NCBI GenBank assembly: GCA_023247795.1
Contig: JAHFFT010000004.1
Span: 9,739 to 73,738, forward strand
Origin: Candidatus Omnitrophota bacterium
Lineage (GTDB): Bacteria; Omnitrophota; Gorgyraeia; Zapsychrales; JANLHA01
Direction: 5' to 3'
DNA: 64,000 bases
In this document: piece after piece, positions 1 through 9,123 of the stretch
How positions within the stretch are numbered: the first letter of the stretch is position 1
Layout of the letters: the number at the start of each line of letters is the position of its first letter
Position numbers and translations under genes: made by a program
Notes under the pieces: model-generated
The model's input: the letters and a program-made list of their open reading frames with translations, nothing else
The model's database searches: none
What the model was told of the DNA's origin: nothing

Positions 1-1465
1 CCGCTCCTTTGGCAAATCGTTTGAACTGATACAGCTCGATCAATTCTTCGGAAACCCGCTCCTGCTCTCGGCACTTCGAACAAATTTTACGGACCAGCCG
101 CTGGCCCACAACGCCGATCAAAGAAGAAACGAGCAAAAACGGCCGCACTCCCATGTTCATCAAACGGATCAAAGAACCGGCGGCGGTCGAGGTATGCAGC
201 GTGCTAAGGACCAGATGTCCGGTCAAAGCCGCCTTGACCGCGATGTCCAGGGTCTCGGCATCGCGGATTTCGCCGATCATGATCACATCGGGGTCCTGCC
301 GCAAAACCGCGCGCAAAGTGTTGGCAAAGGTGAGATTCATGCTCGGACGGACATTGACCTGATTGACCCCTTTGATTTCATATTCAATCGGATCCTCAAC
401 CGTCACAATATTCCTCGTCGGAGTGTTGATGGATCGCAATAACGAATACATTGTCGTCGTCTTTCCACTTCCGGTGGGACCGCACGACAGGACCAATCCA
501 TGAGGACAGGCAACGCATTCCTTCAAATGTCGCAAGGCGTCATTTTCTAGACCAAGTTCATCGATGTCCAAGATATCGGCCGTGCGGTCAAGGATGCGCA
601 GAGCGGCCTTCTCACCAAACGCCGTCGGCAAAACGCTGACCCGGATATCAACCTGTCCATCATTCTCCATTTGGAAACTGAATCGGCCTTCCTGCGGCAG
701 ACGACGTTCGGCGATATCAAGATGAGCCAGGACTTTAAGCCGAGAGGTTATCGGCAAATGCAGTTCTTTTGAAAATTGATTGGCCTCCCGCAGTAGGCCA
801 TCCACCCGATAACGGACCCGCAAGACCCGCTGCATTGGTTCAATAAAAACATCGCTCGCCTTCATGCTGATCGCCTGCTGCAAAATTGTGTCGGTGAATT
901 TGATCATTGGCGCGTCGGGCGTCACGTCATCAATAAAAGTCCTTCCGGAAAAAGCACTCGGATCTTTCACCAACTCGAGAACTTCGCTTCCCTGCAGATC
1001 GTGAATGATGTCCTGAAGAATCTCGACGGAACTCGAGGAAAAATAGCGTTCGATCATTTCTTCGATCTGGGTGCGGCGGGCAATGATCGGTGTGATGTGC
1101 AAATTGGTGAGGTTCTCCACATGATCAATCGCGAAAATATTTAAGGGATCGGCCATGGCCAACGTTAGATTGTCCCCCATTTTTGAAATCGGAAGGATCT
1201 GATATTTGCTGGCGATGTCTTTGGGTAGGATATTGACCACATCGGGGTCGATTTTGATGCGTGAGATATCAATCGGTGGGACCCCTAAACCTTCACTGAG
1301 CAGGACCGTGAGCTGTTCTTCACTGATCAATTCAAGTTGGATCAAAACTTTACCAAGATCCTCGCCGGTCCTTTTCTGCCGCGCTAATGCGCGCTCAAGG
1401 TCTTGCGGCTTGATGACGCAATCACGGATGAGAATCTGCTGCAAACGTTCCTTCAATGAAAGCAT
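1..1465 (-). CDS. GspE/PilB-family type II secretion / type IV pilus assembly ATPase. N-terminus is at 1465; C-terminus runs off the window start.
   Basis: The minus-strand reverse complement translates from ATG at 1465..1463 as MLSLKERLQQILIRDCVIKPQDLERALARQ.... It has an N-terminal GspE_N/MshEN domain, then a Walker A motif GPTGSGKTTT and the conserved ATPase core (DPIEYE..., IMIGEIRD, CxxC). There is no stop before position 1. Confidence 0.85.
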   Translation of the reverse strand, partial: MLSLKERLQQILIRDCVIKPQDLERALARQKRTGEDLGKVLIQLELISEEQLTVLLSEGLGVPPIDISRIKIDPDVVNILPKDIASKYQILPISKMGDNLTLAMADPLNIFAIDHVENLTNLHITPIIARRTQIEEMIERYFSSSSVEILQDIIHDLQGSEVLELVKDPSAFSGRTFIDDVTPDAPMIKFTDTILQQAISMKASDVFIEPMQRVLRVRYRVDGLLREANQFSKELHLPITSRLKVLAHLDIAERRLPQEGRFSFQMENDGQVDIRVSVLPTAFGEKAALRILDRTADILDIDELGLENDALRHLKECVACPHGLVLSCGPTGSGKTTTMYSLLRSINTPTRNIVTVEDPIEYEIKGVNQVNVRPSMNLTFANTLRAVLRQDPDVIMIGEIRDAETLDIAVKAALTGHLVLSTLHTSTAAGSLIRLMNMGVRPFLLVSSLIGVVGQRLVRKICSKCREQERVSEELIELYQFKRFAKGA

Positions 1466-1552
1466 AATTCTCTCTCGTAGGGTCTATCTTCCATCGCCGG
1501 GAACCGTGTCCCAAGGTCCGGCTTCGGGCAAACCGGCGCTGTAAAAAATTCG

Positions 1553-2005
1553 CTACGAAAATCTGTGAAAATAACGGTCGATCGCATCTTTGATATCACC
1601 GGTTGTGCTCACAAACGTTTGTACCGAACATCCCGTAATCGATTCGACGTCATCAATGGCATTGCGATTGAGCGGATTGGACATGGCTAAGGTGAGACTT
1701 TTTCCGATTTTATCGATCGGAATCAACTGAAATTTCCGGCAGACGTCTTCGGGAACAGCGCGGACAACGTCTTCGTCGATTTCATAATTGGCCAAAGGAA
1801 GGTACGGAAATCCATATTGAGCGGTTAAAGCCTGTGCGATGTCCTCCTCGGTCGCGAATTTCAACTCAACGAGGATTTCTCCAAATAACCCGCCCTTTTC
1901 TTTCTGACGAGTCACGGCCATCGCGACCTGCTCCTGGTCAAGGACCCCCTTTTCAACCAAAAGCTCGCCGAGATGTTTATTTGTGATGCGTTTATATGTT
2001 TTCAT
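1553..2005 (-). CDS. Stand-alone GspE_N / MshEN domain protein (150 aa), a putative c-di-GMP-binding adaptor.
   Basis: The sequence HLGELLVEKGVLDQEQVAMAVTRQ...LFGEILVELKFATEEDIAQALTAQ matches the tandem MshEN motif RLGxxLLxxGxLxxxxLxxALxxQ. There is no ATPase domain. The gene lies immediately upstream, in the direction of transcription, of the PilB-like gene. Confidence 0.7.
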   Translation of the reverse strand: MKTYKRITNKHLGELLVEKGVLDQEQVAMAVTRQKEKGGLFGEILVELKFATEEDIAQALTAQYGFPYLPLANYEIDEDVVRAVPEDVCRKFQLIPIDKIGKSLTLAMSNPLNRNAIDDVESITGCSVQTFVSTTGDIKDAIDRYFHRFS

Positions 2006-2189
2006 TGCCGCAAAACGATCTTTTTAAAAAGGCTGCCTACCAACAACCCTCTGGGTGCATTTTACGTTTTAGATTTTACTATACAAAGAATGGCTTAACA
2101 ATCTAAATTGGCAAGGAATGAGAACGAGTAAGGCCGCTCAGGTTTTTAAGTCGAAGTCGTCTCCCTTTCGCGGACGGCTCTTTTCCCCT

Positions 2190-3929
2190 TCACCAAGATC
2201 CGCCGCCCCCGCCCCCGAATCCTCCCCCGCTAAAACCCCCGCCGACCGAAAATCCACCCCCGGAGGAGACGGTTTGCGGGGAAGAGTAAAAGCTGGACCC
2301 CATATGATCTAACGAACGATTGAGATCATGAACGAAATGATCAAAGATAAAAACCCCGGTATAATTTCCGGCAAACCACTGCGGCGACTGCGTATAGAGT
2401 CCGTCGAATTTGGTCGCCCATTTCGTGCTCATGCCCAAACAGATGGCATAAGGCAGCATCCGCTCGAAAACATTCTGCTGATCCGCCCTTTGGATCTTGT
2501 CCTTTTCAGTCCGCAGTAAAAATTCTTTGAACCCTAAAATCTTTGATAATATTTCCGTCCCCTCAACCGTCCGCTTCGGCATAATCACTCCAAACAGCAA
2601 AATGATCAAACTCGATAGCAGCAATGATCCCATCAACCAAGAATCATAAGCGCTGGAGAAGACACCCAAAAAAAATACAACACCGGCGATAGCGGTATAA
2701 AAGATGACAATGGCGGTCGGATGGTTCTCCAAATATTTTTTCGGCCGGAGTTCGTCTTTGATCCTTCCCTCGATCACGTCCACTTTTTCATAAAACCTAT
2801 TTTCCAGCTCGTACAATTTCACTTCGGAAGAAACAGGCTTGCCGCCAAAGATCGAACGGAGAATGATCCTTTCATACGGTTTTATCAACGCGTCGGCTTC
2901 AAAAGCCTTTAGCAAAATAAAGCTATAGTCTTTGCCGACAAAATTTTTGTCCTGTTGAACGATTTTCAAATAGCCGCGGATCGCTAAATCAATGATCGTG
3001 GCCGAGATATCACGTTGATCCAGCTTATAATCAATGAGCGTTCCCACTTCCGCAGGCTTGAGGTTGTCGGGCGCTTGGTATTCAACAACAATGCTCTTAT
3101 TCAAATGCGGATCTTTCCCAAAATGTCGCCAAAGATTGTACATCACGAAAAAGGACACGACAGGAATGAGCAAAGACCATGGCCCAATCGGCGGTTTAAC
3201 ATCATACGGATTATAAGAATGGTCTTCATTCGCTACCGATGATTGATCGAAATCGGAAACGGCCGGTGGTGTTAAAATCCCTTTCGGCACACCAACGACA
3301 ACTGTAAAACCTTCATAGGGCAGATAATTGTCGCCCGCGAACTCGATCAGTTGATCGTTGACGGCTTCACTTCTGGCATTGCTCGTTCTTGAACCTCGTC
3401 GACCGGTATAGGTGGCAATTTTGAGCGACTCCTTCGCTACGGGGACAGGTAAAAACAAAGAAACGCGGACCTGTTTGATGTTCACGTCCCACTGGTTACC
3501 GACCGCGTTCCAAAAAAGTTGATCCTGCTCAGGCAAAAAAAGGATGGCTCCCGTAACACGATAAGAAATGATGTAGGTCTGTCGGCCGGAAACGGTCCGA
3601 TAGGCGCTCCCGATCCTTAGCCGATGAACATAACCGTTATCTTCTTCCGTATAATCCCATGCCCTTCCGTTTTCATCCTGGATGGTGAAGTCGGTAAATC
3701 GCACGTTATAGGAATGGCCGTTTTCATTTTTAAAATCAATTGGAATATCGCGATAAATCCCATGCTTTGACTCGTAACCAAAATCAGCGTCGATTTTTTC
3801 GGTCACCAGAAAATGGCTGTCTTTCTCAAGCCTGATTTCAACACGATAATCCGCAATCTCCCACGCGTAGGCAGGGCTGAACATCGCGCAAAGAAAAATC
3901 GCCGAAAGAATCAACTGTCTCTGAAACAT
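2190..3929 (-). CDS. DUF2207-family membrane protein (579 aa).
   Basis: It has an N-terminal signal peptide, central TM helices, and a Gly-rich C-terminal tail GGGFSVGGGFSGGGFGGGGGGSW typical of DUF2207. It is adjacent to LemA, which is the conserved pairing. Confidence 0.75.
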   Translation of the reverse strand: MFQRQLILSAIFLCAMFSPAYAWEIADYRVEIRLEKDSHFLVTEKIDADFGYESKHGIYRDIPIDFKNENGHSYNVRFTDFTIQDENGRAWDYTEEDNGYVHRLRIGSAYRTVSGRQTYIISYRVTGAILFLPEQDQLFWNAVGNQWDVNIKQVRVSLFLPVPVAKESLKIATYTGRRGSRTSNARSEAVNDQLIEFAGDNYLPYEGFTVVVGVPKGILTPPAVSDFDQSSVANEDHSYNPYDVKPPIGPWSLLIPVVSFFVMYNLWRHFGKDPHLNKSIVVEYQAPDNLKPAEVGTLIDYKLDQRDISATIIDLAIRGYLKIVQQDKNFVGKDYSFILLKAFEADALIKPYERIILRSIFGGKPVSSEVKLYELENRFYEKVDVIEGRIKDELRPKKYLENHPTAIVIFYTAIAGVVFFLGVFSSAYDSWLMGSLLLSSLIILLFGVIMPKRTVEGTEILSKILGFKEFLLRTEKDKIQRADQQNVFERMLPYAICLGMSTKWATKFDGLYTQSPQWFAGNYTGVFIFDHFVHDLNRSLDHMGSSFYSSPQTVSSGGGFSVGGGFSGGGFGGGGGGSW

Positions 3930-3947
3930 GCGTCTCCTTCCCGATCC

Positions 3948-4511
3948 TCAAGAATTGAATTTGACCTCTGGCACTTTTCGTTCGACTGCCAGGGCGTCCA
4001 ATTGGAAAAATTCTTTGTTTCGAAAATGAAAGGCATTGGCAATGAGCGACGATGGAAACATTTGAATCATGGTATTGAAATCACGGACCACGGCGTTATA
4101 ATAACGACGGGCGGACTGAATGGTTTCCTCAATGTCGATCAAACTGGTTTGCAATCGCATGAAATTTTCATTGGCCTTCAAGTCTGGATATTTTTCAACA
4201 ACGGCAAATAATGACTTTAACGTGTTCGTCAAAAAATTTTCGGCTTGGCCTTTTTCCGCGACTCCCGATGAGCCCATCGCTTTCGCGCGCGCCTCAATGA
4301 CCGCCTGCAGTGTTGTCCGTTCATGTTTGGCATACCCTTCCACCGTGGCCACCAGATTCGGGATCAGATCATAACGTCGTTTGATTTGAATGTCCACATC
4401 CGACCAAGCATTGTCACCCCTCACCTTCAACTGAACCAATCCATTGTAAATGCTGACACCCCACATCACAAAAATCACAACAGCACACAAAATCAAAATG
4501 CCTGTCATCAT
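3948..4511 (-). CDS. lemA: LemA family protein.
   Basis: 187 aa with an N-terminal TM anchor followed by a LemA-like fold (…RRYDLIPNLV…RRYYNAVVRDFN…). Confidence 0.8.
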   Translation of the reverse strand: MMTGILILCAVVIFVMWGVSIYNGLVQLKVRGDNAWSDVDIQIKRRYDLIPNLVATVEGYAKHERTTLQAVIEARAKAMGSSGVAEKGQAENFLTNTLKSLFAVVEKYPDLKANENFMRLQTSLIDIEETIQSARRYYNAVVRDFNTMIQMFPSSLIANAFHFRNKEFFQLDALAVERKVPEVKFNS

Positions 4512-4604
4512 CGCTTTTCTCCTATTCTAGGTTCACGTATTGTCAAAAGTTTTTGCTCTAAGACTGCTTATCTTTAGTATTTACAAACATATCCATCAAT
4601 CATG

Positions 4605-4662
4605 CTTCCCTCCCCCTTGCCCCGCCTGTGGCGGGGCTGGTGGGGAGGGCTAGGGAGGGGGG
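4605..4662. repeat. C/G-rich nested palindrome. CCCCGCC-TGT-GGCGGGG is nested inside CCCTCCCC…GGGGAGGG. It ends in a G-rich block GGTGGGGAGGGCTAGGGAGGGGGG.
   Basis: Read directly from the sequence. The G-rich block is the inverted counterpart of 4802-4827. Confidence 0.6.
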
Positions 4663-4668
4663 AAATGC

Positions 4669-4812
4669 TCAATAATCTTTTAAAACTCCATCTATATTGC
4701 CTAACACTTCATTATTCCAAAATCTCACGTCTTTATATCCACGTTCTTTAAGCCATTCATCCCTCGATGCTTTAGCTTTCCCCATCAACCCTTTACCCAA
4801 TCGCCCCCTCCC
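4669..4812 (-). pseudogene. Remnant of a DUF559 (Vsr-like endonuclease) gene. Only the C-terminal ~45 codons survive.
   Basis: The minus-strand translation …GKAKASRDEWLKERGYKDVRFWNNEVLGNIDGVLKDY* matches the conserved DUF559 C-terminus (…RDAYLKSQGFxVLRFWNxEVLxNxEGVLExI). The upstream catalytic half is missing. The frame is closed by TAG at 4813-4815. Confidence 0.55.
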
Positions 4813-4837
4813 CTAACCCCTCCCACCAAGGGAGGGG
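4802..4837. repeat. C-rich inverted repeat. Its reverse complement GGTGGGAGGGGTTAGGGGAGGGGGCG is the partner of 4637-4662. It also contains the local hairpin CCCCTCCC-ACCAA-GGGAGGGG.
   Basis: Read directly. Together with 4637-4662 it brackets the DUF559 remnant as roughly 26-bp terminal inverted repeats. Confidence 0.55.
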
Positions 4838-4913
4838 AATAATACTTCCAAAATCTTCATATCATCCTCCCTCGCCATGTGTATTTTTCATAAAACTTTT
4901 GACACTATCTAGG

Positions 4914-4931
4914 TTCAACCCCCGGGGTTGG
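4914..4931. repeat. Palindrome TTCAACCCCCGGGGTTGG immediately 3' of the rodA stop codon.
   Basis: Perfect dyad. The same motif recurs at 41686 and three times at 49521-49567. Here it would encode TNPRG* directly after the rodA stop. Confidence 0.7.
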
Positions 4932-4932
4932 T

Positions 4933-6039
4933 TTAAAAAATCGTCCGTCGTTTGCTCAGGTTTAATAAAAAACCGATCATCAGGACAAAAATGAGAAACG
5001 AGGTCCGACCGTAACTCACTAAAGGCAACGTGATTCCAACCACCGGACATAACCCTAAAACCATTCCAATGTTGATCGCCACCTGCAGGGTCAAAATACC
5101 AACGATCCCGATCGTCACCTGGGTGCCGAATTTGTCTTTGACCTGCTCGGCAATGATGAAGCCGCAGGTGATGAGCATAGCATAACACGCCAAGAGAAAA
5201 ATCGTTCCCATCAACCCCCATTCCTCTCCAATCACCGAAAAAATGAAGTCGGTATGGCGCTCCGGCAAAAAATTGAGTTGGTTCTGCGTTCCCGCCAGCC
5301 ACCCCTTACCGAACAACAACCCTGAACCTATGGCAATCTTGGATTGGATGATCGTATATCCCGCCCCCAAGGGATCGATATTGGGATTCAAAAAAACCAA
5401 AAGCCGGTCCCGCTGATACGACTTCAAAATATGCCAAGCAAAAGGAACAAGGCACAAACAAACTCCCAGAAAAAAAAGGTAATGACGATAGTGAAGGCCG
5501 CTGACAAAAAGCATAATGAGAAAAATCCCAAACATCAAAATGGCGGTCCCCAAATCCGGTTGTTTGAAGATGAGCAGCATCGGCAGCAAAGTGATCAAGA
5601 GCGGAAAAAATAAATCCCTCCATAAACGCTGCGTCAAGGTTAAAAAACTGAAAGAGATCTTTGAAATGTTCTCGCTGAAATACCGGCCCAGAGCAAAAAT
5701 CAATCCCAACTTGGCCAATTCCGACGGCTGAAAACTTAAGGGACCTAAATTGATCCATCGCTGCGCTCCCAAGGCGTGACGGCCGACGACCATGACCAAC
5801 AACAGCAAAAAGACGCATCCGCCGTAAAAAAAATAGGAAAGGTCAAAAAATTTTCGATAATCAATCTGACTCAACAACTGGATGAAAACAAGGCCGACGA
5901 TCGCAAAGACCAATTGACTCGTAAATACGGTGTCAGAAACCCGTGGGTTATGATAAGAGGCGCTATAAACCGCCAAAAGCCCCATACCAATGATCAAAAT
6001 GGTCGTGATCCAGATGAAAAAAGCCAAATGCCGGCGCAT
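4933..6039 (-). CDS. rodA: Rod shape-determining protein RodA (SEDS family).
   Basis: 368 aa with ten TM segments, and it lies downstream of PBP2 with an ATGA stop/start overlap. Confidence 0.85.
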   Translation of the reverse strand: MRRHLAFFIWITTILIIGMGLLAVYSASYHNPRVSDTVFTSQLVFAIVGLVFIQLLSQIDYRKFFDLSYFFYGGCVFLLLLVMVVGRHALGAQRWINLGPLSFQPSELAKLGLIFALGRYFSENISKISFSFLTLTQRLWRDLFFPLLITLLPMLLIFKQPDLGTAILMFGIFLIMLFVSGLHYRHYLFFLGVCLCLVPFAWHILKSYQRDRLLVFLNPNIDPLGAGYTIIQSKIAIGSGLLFGKGWLAGTQNQLNFLPERHTDFIFSVIGEEWGLMGTIFLLACYAMLITCGFIIAEQVKDKFGTQVTIGIVGILTLQVAINIGMVLGLCPVVGITLPLVSYGRTSFLIFVLMIGFLLNLSKRRTIF

Positions 6040-7754
6040 CAGATGATCTCCTCTTTACGCATCTCCTGAAGCAAATACCGCGACAACATCGCCGCGTGAT
6101 AACTGGAACCACCGTATTCCAAAAAAACACAAAACGCGATTTTTTGTTTGCCGCTCAAATCATATCCGACAAACCAGGCGTGATGTTTCCGCTGCGAATT
6201 GCTTTGCGCGGTCCCGGTCTTGCCAAAAACCTCAAAACCATCCATATTGAGTATCCCGGCGGTCCCTTCGGGATCCTGCACCACCGATCTTAAACCACTG
6301 TGGACAAGATCAAAATATTTTTTGTCGATCCTGATGGATTTGATGCTGGATAAACGAACGACCTCTTGCTGACCAATTTTTTTGATCAAATGGGGCTGCA
6401 CAACTTCTCCCGACCGAGCAATGGTTGCCATCATGCGCAGCAACTGAATCGGTGTCACCAATAAATCCCCCTGCCCAATCGAAAAATTCAGGGTGTCACC
6501 GGTGTACCAGCCTCCTTGATTTTTCGACTGCCGCAAAGCCTTGCTGGGAACCAGGCCGGCGGCCTCAAACGGCAGATCGATCTTCGTCCGTTCTCCAAAT
6601 CCAAATAAACGGGCATATTTGTTGATGATGTCCGCGTCCAACTTTCTTCCTAACGTGTAGAAATAAACATTGCAGGAATGGGCAATGGCCTGCACCAGAT
6701 TTTCCACGCCATGAACATGAGCGCAAAGGAATTTCTGTTCTCCCAGCAGATAGTAACCGGGACATTGCGTTGTTGTTTGGCTGGAAATCGTGCCCGAGTC
6801 CAATCCGGCCATGGCCATCACGGCTTTAAAAACCGAGCCCGGCGGATACTGGCCCTTAACCGCGCGATCCAACATCGGTGCCGACGAGTCCGTCAAGATG
6901 CCTGGCGCCTGACTCCGCAGCTTCTGATCGCTAAAAACATTGGGGTTATAACTTGGCGAATTGACCAATCCCAAAATATCGCCGGTATCAAGATCCATGA
7001 CAATGATCGACCCCCGCTGCTCTCCTAAAATTTTTGCCGCGATCCGCTGAATATCGCCGTCGATGGTCAATTCCAGGTCTTCTCCCTTCTGCGATTCACG
7101 GACCCCTAATAAACGCACTTGTTGGCCGTGGTTATTGACTTCGATTTGCTGGCCGCCGGCCTGCCCCTGCAAATAGCGGTCATAATACGCCTCGACCCCA
7201 TCGTATCCGACCAAACTTTCCGGATTATAACCATACTCTTTAAGCTGATCTACCTTGGAGTTATCGATTTTACCGACGTAACCAAGCACGTGCGCGCCAG
7301 CCTGCTCGAATGGATAAAAACGACGAAAGGATTCTTGAATATACAGGCCGGGGAAACGGAATCGATTTTCCTCCAACAGCATCGCCACTTTTTTATCGAC
7401 GTCGTAAACGATCACAACCGGCGCGAACGCGGCGACTTTTCGCTGAAAAAAACGCTGAAGCAAATCACGTTTTTTTTCGTTGAGGGTCTCGGCCAAAAAG
7501 GCGAATAATTCCTCACTCTCCCGGATGTCTTGCGGGACCACCGCGACATCGTACGATAAACGATTATCAACTAAAGTGTCGCCATTACGGTCGCGGATCA
7601 CCCCGCGCTGCGCTTCCAAAGGAACGACCCGGATGTGATTATTAGCACTGAGATTATGAAAATAGGCTCCCCTAATGACCTGGACATAGAACAGATCAAG
7701 CGCGATCGAAATCAACAAAAATAAAGCGATTACGCGAACAATCTTGATACGCAT
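6039..7754 (-). CDS. mrdA: Penicillin-binding protein 2 (elongasome transpeptidase).
   Basis: N-terminal TM anchor, transpeptidase motifs SVFK, SCN and KTGTA, and position in the mreBCD-mrdA-rodA cluster. Confidence 0.9.
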   Translation of the reverse strand: MRIKIVRVIALFLLISIALDLFYVQVIRGAYFHNLSANNHIRVVPLEAQRGVIRDRNGDTLVDNRLSYDVAVVPQDIRESEELFAFLAETLNEKKRDLLQRFFQRKVAAFAPVVIVYDVDKKVAMLLEENRFRFPGLYIQESFRRFYPFEQAGAHVLGYVGKIDNSKVDQLKEYGYNPESLVGYDGVEAYYDRYLQGQAGGQQIEVNNHGQQVRLLGVRESQKGEDLELTIDGDIQRIAAKILGEQRGSIIVMDLDTGDILGLVNSPSYNPNVFSDQKLRSQAPGILTDSSAPMLDRAVKGQYPPGSVFKAVMAMAGLDSGTISSQTTTQCPGYYLLGEQKFLCAHVHGVENLVQAIAHSCNVYFYTLGRKLDADIINKYARLFGFGERTKIDLPFEAAGLVPSKALRQSKNQGGWYTGDTLNFSIGQGDLLVTPIQLLRMMATIARSGEVVQPHLIKKIGQQEVVRLSSIKSIRIDKKYFDLVHSGLRSVVQDPEGTAGILNMDGFEVFGKTGTAQSNSQRKHHAWFVGYDLSGKQKIAFCVFLEYGGSSYHAAMLSRYLLQEMRKEEII

Positions 7755-8215
7755 TGTCTCAATTTTTCCAAAACATAGAGGGTTACCAAACTGGTGGCAA
7801 GCATTTCCGGAATGAACACATTAAAAAAGACCTCACGAAAGTCCATGGAGAAAAACATCTCATACAAAAAATACTGGATCGTGATGTAAATCACATAAAC
7901 CAGACATACCATAAGCAGGCGCGAGGCCCGCGAGCCCGGCTGGTAAATGTACATCTTAACAATCGACGTCAAATAAGCGCTGACCATATAAGAAAAGATA
8001 TGCATGCCAAAGACTTCGACCGCAAAACTGTCTTTCAATAATCCGCCTAAGAACGCGACAAGGAGGCTGGTGCGCACGCCCCGAAAAAGATTAAAAAAGA
8101 CAATCAAGATAATCATCAAATCCGGTTTGAACCAGCGGCCAAGCCCGTTGGAAAGCGCGGACTCAATGATGAAACACAGGGTGACTAAAATGGCAATGAC
8201 GAAAAAGCGACGCAT
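7730..8215 (-). CDS. mreD: Rod shape-determining protein MreD.
   Basis: 161-aa polytopic membrane protein between mreC and mrdA. Confidence 0.7.
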   Translation of the reverse strand: MRRFFVIAILVTLCFIIESALSNGLGRWFKPDLMIILIVFFNLFRGVRTSLLVAFLGGLLKDSFAVEVFGMHIFSYMVSAYLTSIVKMYIYQPGSRASRLLMVCLVYVIYITIQYFLYEMFFSMDFREVFFNVFIPEMLATSLVTLYVLEKLRQCVSRLFA

Positions 8216-8221
8216 CCGTTT

Positions 8222-9013
8222 TCAATCCCGCTTTTGGATGACCAAGACTTCCTCAATTTGTGATATGGCCGCCGCTGGTTTGATCACGCATTCCATGACT
8301 GGACGATTGTCCAAAACTTTGACCTCAACCACTTCACCCATCAACAACCCTTCTGGAAAGGCCGAACTCAACTTCGAAGAAATAACAAAATCCCCGACCT
8401 GGACGTCGGCTTTATCAGAAAGATAGCGCATCCGGCACATCCCGTCCTGCAATGTCCCGGAAACCAACCCAACTTCACGCGAACGCTGGATCAAGGCAAT
8501 GGCGCTGAACCCTGGATCCGTCAACAAAATGACTTTACTCTTGTTATCACTGACCTCGGCAATTTTACCAATGACCCCTGAGGCATTGACCACCGGCATC
8601 CCCAACTCCACCCCGTCTTGCGTTCCCTTATCGATCACCATTGTCGCGTTCCAATTGGAAGGGTCCCGACCGACGACATTGGCCGTGACTGAAGAAAAAA
8701 TGAGTTTGCGTTTGAGGTCCAACAATTTCCCCAAGCGGCTGTTTTCACGGATCACTTCCGCCATGCCGATGAGCCGCGCTTTCAGCATCCGATTCTCTTT
8801 CCGCAAAAGCACATACTCATCAAACGTTTGATGGTAATAGAAAATCTTTTTCAATTCCCGCAACGGAAGAGTTAACAACTGTGTGGGCTTTGTTACCATG
8901 GAAATAACATTGTATTTGAGCGGAATGAATGGGGTGGAACGGATGAACAGCAAAAGGAAAGCAGCTGCAAAGATCAGGAAGTAAGCTGAAATTTTTGTCT
9001 TATTACCAAACAC
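8222..9013 (-). CDS. mreC: Rod shape-determining protein MreC.
   Basis: N-terminal TM segment, coiled-coil region and C-terminal beta domain; it follows mreB. Confidence 0.85.
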   Translation of the reverse strand: MFGNKTKISAYFLIFAAAFLLLFIRSTPFIPLKYNVISMVTKPTQLLTLPLRELKKIFYYHQTFDEYVLLRKENRMLKARLIGMAEVIRENSRLGKLLDLKRKLIFSSVTANVVGRDPSNWNATMVIDKGTQDGVELGMPVVNASGVIGKIAEVSDNKSKVILLTDPGFSAIALIQRSREVGLVSGTLQDGMCRMRYLSDKADVQVGDFVISSKLSSAFPEGLLMGEVVEVKVLDNRPVMECVIKPAAAISQIEEVLVIQKRD

Positions 9014-9123
9014 GGTTAGAAGGGGTGAAGTGTTTCAATCCTTTGCTAAGCCCATGCGCTCATCAAAGGATTCCGCCTTGAGGGTTCCCTGCGGAAAAAT
9101 TTTTTTAGCAAAGACTGCTGGGA

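Noticed and set aside
5306-5818. 170-aa minus-strand ORF overlapping rodA
   Set aside because: It is an alternative frame within rodA. rodA has full-length SEDS topology; this frame has none.
8004-8426. 140-aa plus-strand ORF rich in K/R/T/S
   Set aside because: It is antisense to mreD/mreC and has a low-complexity composition.
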